From Alphaproteobacteria bacterium (GTDB lineage: Bacteria; Pseudomonadota; Alphaproteobacteria; MPNO01; UBA830), in NCBI GenBank assembly GCA_965243135.1, contig OZ251539.1:2464001-2528000 (forward strand): DNA of 64,000 nucleotides, read 5' to 3'. Below, piece by piece: positions 20,205-30,206 of the stretch. The notes under the pieces are model-generated. The model had not been told where the DNA came from. It ran no database searches and was given only the letters and a program-made list of their open reading frames with translations. Numbering within the stretch: position 1 is the stretch's first letter; each line of letters starts with the position of its first letter. The position numbers and the translations under genes were made by a program.

Positions 20205-21010
20205 ATGCGTTGGACGAAACAACTGCAAGAACTGAAGAAGTTCGACAGTCGTACCCACTGAGGTGTGTCGAGCCAAGGCGAAGCGGCGTAGGCGTTTCGG
20301 AGCGCACCTTCCGGCGCTGGCGCGATCGCTACGAGACCGAGGAAATGAAAGGGCTCCATGACCGTCGTTTACCTCGGCGCAACGCGCATCGACGCGAACG
20401 GTCGTGCCGGGCGCTGCCCCAAGACGGCTCTCGCGGTAAGCGGGTGCTAGAAGTGGGATCTGATCGTCACCATGAACGACGCCATCAGCGAGGTCTGCTT
20501 CGCCTTCTTCGTCGCCGAAGAGGGCACTATGTCGAGTTTCAGGGCGTTTCGCGGAACGACCCGCGAACGCGGGCCGTTCCGCTCGCTCCAACCGCGGCAC
20601 CCGGTACTCGCGCATCGGCGAGGCCGGCGGCAAGGTCGATAAGGACAACCCAACTCGGCATCGAGATGATCCCGGCTTACTTCCCCGCAGACCACCGACA
20701 TGGCCGAGGCCAATCGCTTCCTCAGGAAGGTCTACCTGCCGGACCACGACGGACGCTTCGCGACCCCGTCCAAGGTCGATGAGTCGGCCTTCGTGCACTT
20801 CGTAGGCGCTCTGGACGTCGCCCTCTGCGTCCACGAGGAATGCGCCGTCTCGAACGATGATAACGTGCGAGGGACTCAGCTTCCCGCTGTCCGCCACCGC
20901 TACGTCAGGGCCATGATCCAGGTTCACGAGCACCCCGACCGCGCACCCGTCCTCGCTGGCTTCCACGACCCGGGCGCCGCGCCTACTACCAAGCCGACGG
21001 GTTCCTGATC
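20205..21010 (+). mobile_element. Degenerate ISNCY/IS481-like transposase remnant
   Basis: Fragments in several frames: MRWTKQLQEL.., GVSERTFRRWRDRYE, WDLIVTMNDAISE..FFVAEEGTMSSF, QLGIEMIPAY, MAEANRFLRKVYLPDHDGRFA. Confidence 0.75.
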
Positions 21011-21210
21011 GAAACCGAAACCCGAAAGGCCGCGCGATCTGCCGACGCCATGTGGACAGCCGCAACGCCGTTAATGACGCCCGAACGCCTCGCATCTTGA
21101 CTCGCTGGCCGACTCGTTCCGATACTGCCTTGGCAACAGGGATTGCTGTCCGCCTGCGCCAAACATCGGAATCGCCGGGCGGCTCGGAAGAACGAAAGGG
21201 AGAATTCGCC

Positions 21211-22197
21211 GTGAAAAAGTTCTCGATCGCCGCCGCTGTCGTCGCGACGCTGGTTGCGGCCCCGGCGGCGCAAGCCGCCGAAGTCGCGCTGAAGGGAATT
21301 TCGGCGTGGCCCAAGACGTTTCCGCTGACGCCCGACTTCCTGCGCTTCATCGAAGAGGCGAACGAGCGCGGCAAGGGCCACTTCAAGATCGCCCATATCG
21401 GCGGACCGGAAATTTCCAAGGCGCCGGCCCAGTCGAAAGGGTTCAAGTCCGGCCTCTACGACCTGATGTTCACCGCCGCGAGCTACCATCGGGGCGTCGC
21501 GCCCGAGGTGGATGCGCTCTCGGCGACCCAGATGAAACCCTGGACGGCAAGAAAGAACGGAGGGATGGCGGCGCTGAACGCAGCCGTCACGAAACGGCTC
21601 GACGGAATCATCCTCGCGCAGTGCGCGACCAGCGTCTCCTTCATTCTCTACCTCAACCGCGAACCGAAGCGGGCCGCGGACGGCATGGTGTCGCTCGAGG
21701 GCTTCAAGATGCGGTCGGTGCCGATATACGACGGTTTTCTCAGGGAGCTCGGCGCGACCACCGTCACCGTGCAGGTGCCGGAACTCTACAACGCGCTCGA
21801 ACGCGGGCTGGTCGACGGATTCGCGTTCCCGGAACTGTGGACCCGCCGCAGCGGCTGGGCGAAATTCGTCAAGTTTCGCGTCTATCCCAGATTCTATCAG
21901 CTCGAACCCAGCATCTTCGTCTCCAACAAGGCCCTGAAGAAGCTCTCCGGGAAGGGCCGGGAAATCCTTCTCAAGGCGGGAGAGGACTGGGAACGCGTCT
22001 CGCATGACTACTGGAAGCCGCTCATCGAGAAGGAACGCGAGATTCTGGCCGGGGAATTCGGGCAGAAAGAAATCCGGCAGACGGACGCAGCGGCCGACAG
22101 ATACATCGCCCTCGCCAACACCGTCCCGATCGAACGGCTCAAGAAGGTGTCGACGCCCGAGGCGAAAATCCTCAGCAAGATCTATCACGGCCAGTAG
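21211..22197 (+). CDS. dctP: TRAP transporter substrate-binding protein
   Basis: Signal peptide from GTG 21211 (KKFSIAAAVVATLVAAPAAQA); IGGPE; GFKMRS; ELYNALERGLVDG. Confidence 0.9.
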   Translation: MKKFSIAAAVVATLVAAPAAQAAEVALKGISAWPKTFPLTPDFLRFIEEANERGKGHFKIAHIGGPEISKAPAQSKGFKSGLYDLMFTAASYHRGVAPEVDALSATQMKPWTARKNGGMAALNAAVTKRLDGIILAQCATSVSFILYLNREPKRAADGMVSLEGFKMRSVPIYDGFLRELGATTVTVQVPELYNALERGLVDGFAFPELWTRRSGWAKFVKFRVYPRFYQLEPSIFVSNKALKKLSGKGREILLKAGEDWERVSHDYWKPLIEKEREILAGEFGQKEIRQTDAAADRYIALANTVPIERLKKVSTPEAKILSKIYHGQ

Positions 22198-22230
22198 GCC
22201 GCCCGGCGGCGGCCCGCGCGCGCAAGACCC

Positions 22231-22743
22231 ATGAAGACGGTCTCACGCGCTTATGACAACCTGATCATCGGGCTGGCGATCACCGCCGGCCTGATGCTCG
22301 CCGTGATCTTCGTCGGCATCATCGCGGACGTCACCGTCCGCTCCGCCGGATACAACGCGCTTCAGTGGTACAGCGCGGTTGCGGAGTATTGCCTGCTGTT
22401 TTCGACCATGCTTGGCGCGCCTTGGTTGGTGCGGCTCAAGGGCCATGTGGTGGTGGAGTCGCTCACCATGGCGATGCCCGCGGCGCTGCGGCGCCTGATC
22501 GCCAAGGCCGTCTACCTGCTTTGCATCGTTTTGTCGCTCTTGTTCGTCTACTACGGCTACGCGGAAATGGCGGGCGCCTTCGCTTCGGGCGATCTGGACC
22601 TCCGCTCCATAGACATGCCGAAGTGGATCCTCTACCTGCCCTTTCCCGTCGGCTTCACCTTGGTCGCGATCGAGTTCGGGCGCTATCTGTTCGGCTCGGA
22701 CTCGTACTATTCCGGCAAGGCCGGTTCGTCGGAATCGCTCTGA
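22231..22743 (+). CDS. dctQ: TRAP transporter small permease
   Basis: Four TM segments; EYCLLFSTMLGAPWLVRLKGHVVVE. Confidence 0.9.
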   Translation: MKTVSRAYDNLIIGLAITAGLMLAVIFVGIIADVTVRSAGYNALQWYSAVAEYCLLFSTMLGAPWLVRLKGHVVVESLTMAMPAALRRLIAKAVYLLCIVLSLLFVYYGYAEMAGAFASGDLDLRSIDMPKWILYLPFPVGFTLVAIEFGRYLFGSDSYYSGKAGSSESL

Positions 22744-24071
22744 TGGAGTTGCTCGCGGAGTGGTACGCCATCGCCGGATTCCTGGTCGGCATGGTCATCG
22801 TCTTCATGCTGCTGGGAATTCCAGTCGCGTTCGCTTTCCTCGCCGCCAACGTCGTCGGCGCCATGATCTTCATGGGCGGGCTCGACGCGATGCCGCAGAT
22901 CGTCGTCAACGCGGTGGAATCGGTGACGATCTTCGCCCTGATTCCCGTTCCGCTCTTCATCATCATGGGCGAACTGTTTTTCCACACCGGGCTTGCGGTG
23001 CGCGTCTTCGACACGCTCGACCTCTGTTTCGGTCGGCTGCCGGGGCGGCTTTCCTATATCACGGTGGCGGGCGGCACGATCTTCGCCACGCTTTCGGGCT
23101 CGACGATGGCGAACACCGCGATGATGGGGTCGATGATGGTCCCCGAAATGACGAGCCGCGGCTACAAGAAGCACATGTCGATGGGGCCGATTCTCGGAAC
23201 CGGCGGCCTCGCGATGATCATCCCGCCTTCCGCCCTCGCCGTGCTGCTGGCGAGCCTCGCGGAAATAGACATCGGCAGGCTGCTCGTCGCCGGCGTGCTG
23301 CCGGGGCTGGTGCTCGCGATCCTCTATTCGATCCTGATCTACGCCCAGGTCAAGATCGATCCTGATGCGGCGCCTGCGTATTCCGTCGAAAACCACTCTC
23401 TCGGGCAGATCGCGTTGTCGGTGATCGTCAATGTGCTGCCGATGGGGCTGGTGGTGTTCTGCGTCATCGGACTGATCATCCTCGGCATCGCGACGCCGAC
23501 CGAGGCGGCCGGCTTCGGCGCCCTGGGCGTCCTGATGCTGGCGATCGTCTATCGCGTCGTTTCCTGGCAAATCCTCGTCAAGTCCTTTGCCGGTTCCCTG
23601 CGGGTGACGGCGATGGTGCTGCTGATCATCCTGGCCTCCTCCACGTTCAGCCAGCTTCTCGCCTTCACCGGAGCCAGCGGCGGATTGATCGCGTGGGCTA
23701 CGACGGTCGAGCTCGCTCCTGTCGTCATGCTGTTGATCATGTTCGCGGTGCTGCTCGTCCTCGGCATGTTCATGGATCAGGTTTCGATGATGCTGCTGAC
23801 CGTCCCGATTTTCTTTCCGCTCGCGGAGACGCTGCAGTTCGACCTGATCTGGTTCGGACTCGTGATGCTTCTGGCGCTGGAGATCAGCCTGACGACGCCG
23901 CCCTTCGGACTTCTTCTTTTCGTCATGATGGGGGTGGCGCCGCGCGGCACCAGCCTCTGGCAGGTCGCGTATGCCGCCGCGCCCTACATCGGATGCGCCT
24001 TGATCGTCCTCGTGCTCCTGATCCTCTTCCCCGGGCTCGCGACCTATCTCCCGGGGCTGATGAGCAGGTAG
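22743..24071 (+). CDS. dctM: TRAP transporter large permease
   Basis: PVPLFIIMGE, LSGSTMANTA, GGLAMIIPPS, ATPTEAAG, TTPPFG. Confidence 0.92.
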   Translation: MELLAEWYAIAGFLVGMVIVFMLLGIPVAFAFLAANVVGAMIFMGGLDAMPQIVVNAVESVTIFALIPVPLFIIMGELFFHTGLAVRVFDTLDLCFGRLPGRLSYITVAGGTIFATLSGSTMANTAMMGSMMVPEMTSRGYKKHMSMGPILGTGGLAMIIPPSALAVLLASLAEIDIGRLLVAGVLPGLVLAILYSILIYAQVKIDPDAAPAYSVENHSLGQIALSVIVNVLPMGLVVFCVIGLIILGIATPTEAAGFGALGVLMLAIVYRVVSWQILVKSFAGSLRVTAMVLLIILASSTFSQLLAFTGASGGLIAWATTVELAPVVMLLIMFAVLLVLGMFMDQVSMMLLTVPIFFPLAETLQFDLIWFGLVMLLALEISLTTPPFGLLLFVMMGVAPRGTSLWQVAYAAAPYIGCALIVLVLLILFPGLATYLPGLMSR

Positions 24072-24078
24072 TTTCCCG

Positions 24079-26427
24079 ATGCGAACCCCGCCCTCCGGCA
24101 TGCTCGTCGGATCTTCGCCGTCCCGGCTCATGGCGCGCCGTGCGGTCAGCGGACGAGCGCGGCACGTCGACGACCTGGCGTTGCCGCGCATGACGGACGC
24201 CGCCTACGTCCGCAGCCCGTTCGCCCATGCCGACATTCTGGAAATCGACGCCGGCGCCGCCCGGGCGCTGCCGGGCGTAGTCGCCGTCGTCACCGGCTCC
24301 GAAATCGCCGAACGCATGACGCCGTGGATGGGCGTGATGCGGAATCAACCGAACCTGCGCACGGCGCCGCAATACGCGCTCGCGGTCGACCGGGCGCTGT
24401 GGCAGGGAGAACCGGTTGCGGCGGTGGTCGCCGAGAACCGCGCCGTCGCCGAGGATGCCGCGGAGATGGTCCGGGTCGAATGGCGGGAGCGGCCCGCGGT
24501 CGCGGACATGGAAAGGGCGCTCCACTCGCCGGTTCTGCATCCGTCGCTCGACGACAACCGCATGTACCGGCGCAGCGTGGACAAGGGAGACGTCGACGGC
24601 GCGTTCGACGCCGCGGCCCATGTCGTCGAGGAAGTCTTTCGCTTCGCCCGCCACACCGGCGTCACGCCCGAGCCCCGCTCCGTGGTCTCGTCGTATGACC
24701 CGTCCGAAGGCCGCCTGACCGTCTGGTACGGCGGCCAGGCGCCGCACATGATCCAGGCGCTCTTCTCGCGCCATCTCGGCATCCCGGAACGGGATATCCG
24801 AATCGTAACCATGGACTGCGGCGGCTCGTACGGGATCAAGAGCCACCTCTACGGCGACGAGTTCGCCACGGCGGTCCTTTCCGTCATGCTCGGACGGCCG
24901 GTTCGATACCGCGCCGACCGCCTGGAGTCGTTCGTATCCGACGTTCACGCCCGCCATCACCGGATTCGCGCGCGTCTGGCGGTCGACGAGGACGGCCGCA
25001 TCCTCGGCTTCGAGATGGACGACCTTGTCGGCGGCGGCGCCTACTCCGCCTACCCGCGCACCAGCTGCGTCGAAGCCAACCAGGTTCTGAACGTCGCCGG
25101 GGGGCCGTACCGGATCCCGAATTACCGCGCCGCGACGACCGTGGTGTTTCAGAACCTGCCTCCGATATCCCAATATCGCGCGGTCGGCCATCCGATGGGC
25201 ATCGTCGCCTGCGACAGCCTGCTCGAACGAGCCGCCGGCAAGGTCGGCCTCGACCGCCTGGAAATCCGCCGCCGGAATTTCGTGCCGGACGATTCCTATC
25301 CGGCGGCGGCCCCCTCCGGCCTCGAGCTGGACGAACTGTCCCATCAGGCCTGCCTCGAGAAACTGGTCGCGGAACTGGATTGCGACCGGCTGCTCGCGGA
25401 CCAGGCGGCGCGGCGGGACGAGGGAATCCTCCGCGGCGTCGGTTTCGCGAGCTTCATCAAGGGAACCAATCCGGGCACGACGATCTACGGTCCCGCAGGG
25501 GTTCCGGTCTCGGGCCAGGACGGCGTCACGATGCGCTTCGAGCCGGGCGGCGGCGTCACCTGCCTGACCGCCGTCACCGAACAGGGGCAGGGAACCGAAA
25601 CCGTTCTTGCCCAGATCGCCGCTTCGGTCATCGGCATCTCGTTCGAAAGCGTGCGCGTCATCACCGGCGACACGGATTCCATGCCCTACGGCGGCGGCAC
25701 GTACGGTTCGCGCGGCGCGGGCATCGGCGGAGAGACCTGCAGGCGCGCGGCATCGGCCCTCCGCGCCAAACTGCTGGAGACGGCGGGCGTCCTGCTTCAG
25801 GCTCGCCCCGAAGAACTCGACATCGCCGACGGCGCCGTGATCGATCGAAAGGGCGGCGCGCAGCGAATGACCCTCGCGGCGCTCGGAAACATCGCGTTCC
25901 TGCGCAGCCACGAGTTGCCGGACGATTACCATCCGGAACTGGTCGCGACTGCGCGGTTCCGGCTGCGGGACTACGTCTTCACCAACGCCGCCCACGGCGC
26001 CTACGTCGAGGTCGATCCCGACACCGGTTTCGTCAAGGTGCTGGATTACCGGGTCGTCGAAGATTGCGGCAGGGTCATCAACCCCTTGCTCGTCGCCGAA
26101 CAGCAGCGCGGAGCCGTCGTGCAGGGCCTCGGCGACGCGCTCTACGAGCACTGCCTGTACGACGATGCGGGTCAGCTTCGCAACGGCACCATGGCGGACT
26201 ACCTGCTTCCCATGGCCGCCGAAATGCCCGACATCTCCGTTGCCCATGTGACCACCTTCACCTCCAAAACCACGCTTGGCGCCAAGGGAGCCGGCGAAAG
26301 CGGCACCGCCGGCGCACCGCAAACCATCCTGAGCGCCGTCAACGACGCCATTGCGCCCCTTGGCGGCCGGGTCAGCGCGGTCCCCGTCTCACCGGAAGAC
26401 GTGCTGAAAGCGCTGGGACGAATCTGA
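24079..26427 (+). CDS. Xanthine dehydrogenase family molybdopterin-binding subunit (orphan large subunit)
   Basis: VRSPFAHA, GGSYGIK, QYRAVGHP, EQGQGTET, EDCGRVINP, GAKGAGESG. Confidence 0.92.
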   Translation: MRTPPSGMLVGSSPSRLMARRAVSGRARHVDDLALPRMTDAAYVRSPFAHADILEIDAGAARALPGVVAVVTGSEIAERMTPWMGVMRNQPNLRTAPQYALAVDRALWQGEPVAAVVAENRAVAEDAAEMVRVEWRERPAVADMERALHSPVLHPSLDDNRMYRRSVDKGDVDGAFDAAAHVVEEVFRFARHTGVTPEPRSVVSSYDPSEGRLTVWYGGQAPHMIQALFSRHLGIPERDIRIVTMDCGGSYGIKSHLYGDEFATAVLSVMLGRPVRYRADRLESFVSDVHARHHRIRARLAVDEDGRILGFEMDDLVGGGAYSAYPRTSCVEANQVLNVAGGPYRIPNYRAATTVVFQNLPPISQYRAVGHPMGIVACDSLLERAAGKVGLDRLEIRRRNFVPDDSYPAAAPSGLELDELSHQACLEKLVAELDCDRLLADQAARRDEGILRGVGFASFIKGTNPGTTIYGPAGVPVSGQDGVTMRFEPGGGVTCLTAVTEQGQGTETVLAQIAASVIGISFESVRVITGDTDSMPYGGGTYGSRGAGIGGETCRRAASALRAKLLETAGVLLQARPEELDIADGAVIDRKGGAQRMTLAALGNIAFLRSHELPDDYHPELVATARFRLRDYVFTNAAHGAYVEVDPDTGFVKVLDYRVVEDCGRVINPLLVAEQQRGAVVQGLGDALYEHCLYDDAGQLRNGTMADYLLPMAAEMPDISVAHVTTFTSKTTLGAKGAGESGTAGAPQTILSAVNDAIAPLGGRVSAVPVSPEDVLKALGRI

Positions 26428-26606
26428 CCTGAGAGCAGGGTTGGCAGTCGCAGCGGCGCTGGCCTCCGCCCCACGTGGAGAACGGCGTCCACCGCCTGTC
26501 GCCCGCAATGCCCGTCTGGCCGGGGCACCCGCATAAGTCGCGACCCGGACGATCGAAGAAGCCCTTTCCTCCATCGCGAAAGCGGGGTGCGTTGGCCGCC
26601 GGCCGT

Positions 26607-27035
26607 TCATGTCGGCGCAACCGACCAAGGGTCGACAAGATCGACTCCCGCACCTTCGAAATCCCGCACGTTTCGAGTCACCAAGACAGCGCCGCACGAG
26701 CGGGATATAGCGGCGATCTGGCAGTCAGCCTCGCTGATCGGCCGGCCTGCGCGGCGCCTGTGGGCCGCTATCTCCGCATAGGCTCGGGCAGCGGCGCTGT
26801 CGAACGGCAGAATCCGCTCGCGAAAGCCAAGGGCAAGCCACCGGGTAATGATGTCCTCCAGCATGGCACGTCGCCTGCCCGTCGGCATGATCGCGACACC
26901 ATAAAGAAGCTCCGCTTCGCTGATCGCCGTCAGAAACAACTCCTCCGCATCCCGCTCCGCGATCCACGCCGCGACCGCGGGCGCCGGCACCGGCCGCATG
27001 ATTTCGGAAACCACATTCGTGTCGAGCGTAAACAT
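26607..27035 (-). CDS. vapC: VapC/FitB PIN-domain toxin
   Basis: MFTLDTNVVSEIMRP, TAISEAELLYG, ILPFD, ADCQIAAI, LVTRNVRDF. Confidence 0.92.
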   Translation of the reverse strand: MFTLDTNVVSEIMRPVPAPAVAAWIAERDAEELFLTAISEAELLYGVAIMPTGRRRAMLEDIITRWLALGFRERILPFDSAAARAYAEIAAHRRRAGRPISEADCQIAAISRSCGAVLVTRNVRDFEGAGVDLVDPWSVAPT

Positions 27036-27045
27036 CCGACGCGGA

Positions 27046-27291
27046 TCAGACGAAGTCCAGAGGTTCGCGCATCGGGCCTCGCGGCGGAAGTTCGAGCTCG
27101 ACACCGTCAAGGGGCGCGAAGCACTCGCGGGTGAACTTGGCCAAGTCCCGGGGGCCAGTTCCCCCGTCGCTCACGGCCTCGCGCAGAATGATGCGCACCT
27201 CCTCTTCCATTGATCGGCTGTGCTCGGCGGCGCGTATGCGCAGACGCGTCTTCACGCCGTCATCGAGATTGCGGATCGTGATGCTCGCCAC
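27046..27291 (-). CDS. FitA-like ribbon-helix-helix antitoxin
   Basis: ASITIRNLDDGVKTRLRIRAAEHSRSMEEEVRIIL from GTG 27291; GGAGGAG RBS. Confidence 0.9.
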   Translation of the reverse strand: MASITIRNLDDGVKTRLRIRAAEHSRSMEEEVRIILREAVSDGGTGPRDLAKFTRECFAPLDGVELELPPRGPMREPLDFV

Positions 27292-27327
27292 TGGCCAACC
27301 CTCCTCCCGGTTCGGAAACGCCCTGAT

Positions 27328-27354
27328 TATTGCATGCTTGCAGTGCATGCAATA
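27328..27354. promoter_or_regulatory. Perfect inverted repeat, probable antitoxin operator
   Basis: TATTGCATGC-N7-GCATGCAATA about 40 bp upstream of the antitoxin start. Confidence 0.65.
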
Positions 27355-27543
27355 GCGAGTTCAATATTAAGGCATTGCGTGCGCGGAGCTACCTCCCATG
27401 CTTGCGCTCACTGTTCCATGCGGCCAATCCGTCCTGATAGCTCGCCTTTTATTCAAATAAAGGGACCTGATTCGCTCGCCGTATCGTGGTTCCAACCGGA
27501 CGATTGCTCCGAAAGCGCGCTCGCAACTCAGCGAGGCCTCCAG

Positions 27544-28734
27544 CTAGAATCGGCCCCCTGACTTCGCCACCCAGACGGACAGGAGGCAGAGAAGCATAAT
27601 CCCGGCCGAGCCGACGGCGTAGAAGGCGTATTCCAGTCCGACCAGTTCCGCGAGGCCTCCCATGACGACCGGAAAAACGGCGTTTCCAAGGCGATTGAAG
27701 GAAATGCGGAGCGCGGCGACGCGCCCCTGAAGATCCGGCGCGACGGCGCGTGCAGCGATCGACATCATCAACGGCAGGTTGAGCCCCTGCCCCGCGCCGC
27801 GCAAGCCGATCGCGACGGCCAGCAGGACGAAGCCCTCGATCATCGGCGTGAAGGCGATCCCGACGATGGCCAGACCGACGGTCACGATCAACAACCAGTA
27901 GTCGGCGATGCGGCGGGTCAACGGGCCGACCGACAGCGCCGCCAGCGCGGAGACGCCGTTCCCGATCCCGATCAACAGCCCGATCGCGTCGGCGGAAAAG
28001 CCGATCCCGTCGAGCCAGACCGCGTAAAAGGACGCCTGCATGCCCGAACCCGTCTGCCGAAGAAAGGTGGCCGCGATCACCAGCGCGATCGCCGTGAGCG
28101 CGAGCATCCGAAACGTCACGCGGTAGTCCGACGCTTTCGGCAAAACGTCCGCACGGCGGGAAACCGCCCCGCCGCCGACGCGGCGCGGCAGGAAGGACGC
28201 CGCGACGACGCCGCCGAACGACCAGAGGGCGAAGAACAGAAAGCCGCCCGCCGGTCCGAACTGCACCCACGAAAATCCGACCAGAAACGGTCCAAGCATG
28301 CCGCCGACGCGCGCGCAGGCGGTCATCCGGCCGGCGTAGACGGGTTGGCCCCGCATCAACTGGCCGACAGCCGCCTGGGCGCCGATCCAGCTGGTGGTTT
28401 CCGCGAACCCGACGATCATCTGCAACAGGATCACCGCCCACAGGAAGGGGAGAACCGGAAACAGCAGGGTGGACGCCGTGCCGACGAAGCCGAGAATCAT
28501 GATCACGTTGCGCGGGCCGAATCGGTCGAGCAGCGCGCCGCCGTGGATCGACAGGGTCACCGGCAGCAGCTGGCGGCTGGCCACCACGATTCCGATCTCC
28601 AACGGCGACGCGCCCAACTCCAGCGCCCAGAGCGGCATCACCACATGGCTCATGGGAAAGAGATTGCCCGCGAAGAACGCCACGCCGTAGACGGGAACCT
28701 GAAGCCGCCAGGAAAAAGGCGCATGAGCGTGCAT
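27544..28734 (-). CDS. MFS transporter
   Basis: GALLDRFGPR motif A; about 12 TM segments. Confidence 0.88.
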   Translation of the reverse strand: MHAHAPFSWRLQVPVYGVAFFAGNLFPMSHVVMPLWALELGASPLEIGIVVASRQLLPVTLSIHGGALLDRFGPRNVIMILGFVGTASTLLFPVLPFLWAVILLQMIVGFAETTSWIGAQAAVGQLMRGQPVYAGRMTACARVGGMLGPFLVGFSWVQFGPAGGFLFFALWSFGGVVAASFLPRRVGGGAVSRRADVLPKASDYRVTFRMLALTAIALVIAATFLRQTGSGMQASFYAVWLDGIGFSADAIGLLIGIGNGVSALAALSVGPLTRRIADYWLLIVTVGLAIVGIAFTPMIEGFVLLAVAIGLRGAGQGLNLPLMMSIAARAVAPDLQGRVAALRISFNRLGNAVFPVVMGGLAELVGLEYAFYAVGSAGIMLLCLLSVWVAKSGGRF

Positions 28735-28837
28735 GCCCGCGTATGCCCGAGTCCCCGGCCGATCGCAAGCGAACGCCGCCGCGGGCTCGCGCCTGTCGTA
28801 TAATGCCCTAACAGATCACGGCTCCGGGAATCGTTCC

Positions 28838-30028
28838 ATGACCACCAGCCTCCAAGTGCTTTCGCATATCACGGTTCTGGATCTCACCCGGGCCCGCGCC
28901 GGACCGACGGCGGTGCGCCAACTCGCCGACTGGGGCGCTCAGGTCATCAAAATCGAAACGCCGGGAGCGCCCGACAGCGCCGACCTCGGCCGCCGTCACG
29001 GAGCGGATTTTCAGAATCTTCATCGAAACAAGCAATCGATGACCCTCGACCTCAAGTCCGAGGCGGGCCGGGAGATTTTCTATCGCATGGCGGAAACTGC
29101 GGACGTGGTGGTCGAGAACATGAGGCCCGGCGTCAAGCGCAGGCTCATGGTCGATTACGAGACGCTCCGTACGCGCAATCCCCGCCTCGTCTACGGGAGC
29201 ATTTCAGGATACGGGCAGGACGGCCCTTACGCCGAACGCCCCTGCCTGGACCAGATCGCCCAAGGCATGGGCGGGCACATGATGGTCACCGGCGAACCGG
29301 GGGCCGGACCCATGCGCTCGGGCGCGGCGATCAGCGACATCACCGCCGGGCTTCTGTGCGCCAACGGCATCATGCTGGCGCTGTACGAACGGGAACGGTC
29401 GGGCGAGGGACAATGGGTGCAGACATCGCTGCTCGAGGCGCAGATATTCCTGCTCGACTTCCAGGCGGCTCGCTGGCTCGTCGAGAGCGAAGTTCCGCCG
29501 CAGGCAGGTCTCCACCACCCGTCCATCGCGCCGATGGGCGCGTTTCGGACGAGCGACGGCCACATCAACATCGCGCCGATGCCCGACATGTGGGAGCGCT
29601 TCTGCAAGACCCTAGGCCTGCAGACGCTGGTCGCCGATCCGCGTTTCGCCACCTTCGAAGCCCGATACGCGAACCGCAAAGCCTTGAACGCGGAAATCGA
29701 AGAAGTGACGGCGACCCGCGACGCCGCCCACTGGATCGAACGGCTGAACGAGGCCCGCATACCCTGCGGGCCGATATACGCCATTGATCGAACGTTCGCC
29801 GACCCGCAGGTTCGGCATACCGGGATCGCCCGCAGAATCGAATCTCCCGGGCTGGGAGAAATCGAGATCGTCGGGCAACCGCTGCATCTGACCCGGACGC
29901 CGGACCGGATCGAGACAGGCGAAGCAACCGCCACCCCCGACTACGGCCAGCACACCGAGGAAATACTACAACGCTACGGCTATTCCGACGAAGACATCGC
30001 CGCCCAGCGCGCCGACGGCGTTCTATGA
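28838..30028 (+). CDS. CaiB/BaiF family III CoA transferase
   Basis: VLDLTRARAGP, HRNKQSMTLDLKS, ADVVVENMRPG, SISGYGQDGPY, DQIAQGMGG. Confidence 0.93.
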   Translation: MTTSLQVLSHITVLDLTRARAGPTAVRQLADWGAQVIKIETPGAPDSADLGRRHGADFQNLHRNKQSMTLDLKSEAGREIFYRMAETADVVVENMRPGVKRRLMVDYETLRTRNPRLVYGSISGYGQDGPYAERPCLDQIAQGMGGHMMVTGEPGAGPMRSGAAISDITAGLLCANGIMLALYERERSGEGQWVQTSLLEAQIFLLDFQAARWLVESEVPPQAGLHHPSIAPMGAFRTSDGHINIAPMPDMWERFCKTLGLQTLVADPRFATFEARYANRKALNAEIEEVTATRDAAHWIERLNEARIPCGPIYAIDRTFADPQVRHTGIARRIESPGLGEIEIVGQPLHLTRTPDRIETGEATATPDYGQHTEEILQRYGYSDEDIAAQRADGVL

Positions 30029-30206
30029 CGGAAAGAGCGTCTGCGCCTCGATCAATCCGCGGTTATTGCGGAAAACGGCAGGGCCCTCCTTCCTTGATTT
30101 CGGTTCTCCGGTTCCCGCGCGTTCCGCGACCTCCGAAACGCGGCGCATGGCCTGAGAAATCCAAGGCAGCATCCAAACGCCAAACTCCCGGCAAGGAGTG
30201 AAACAA

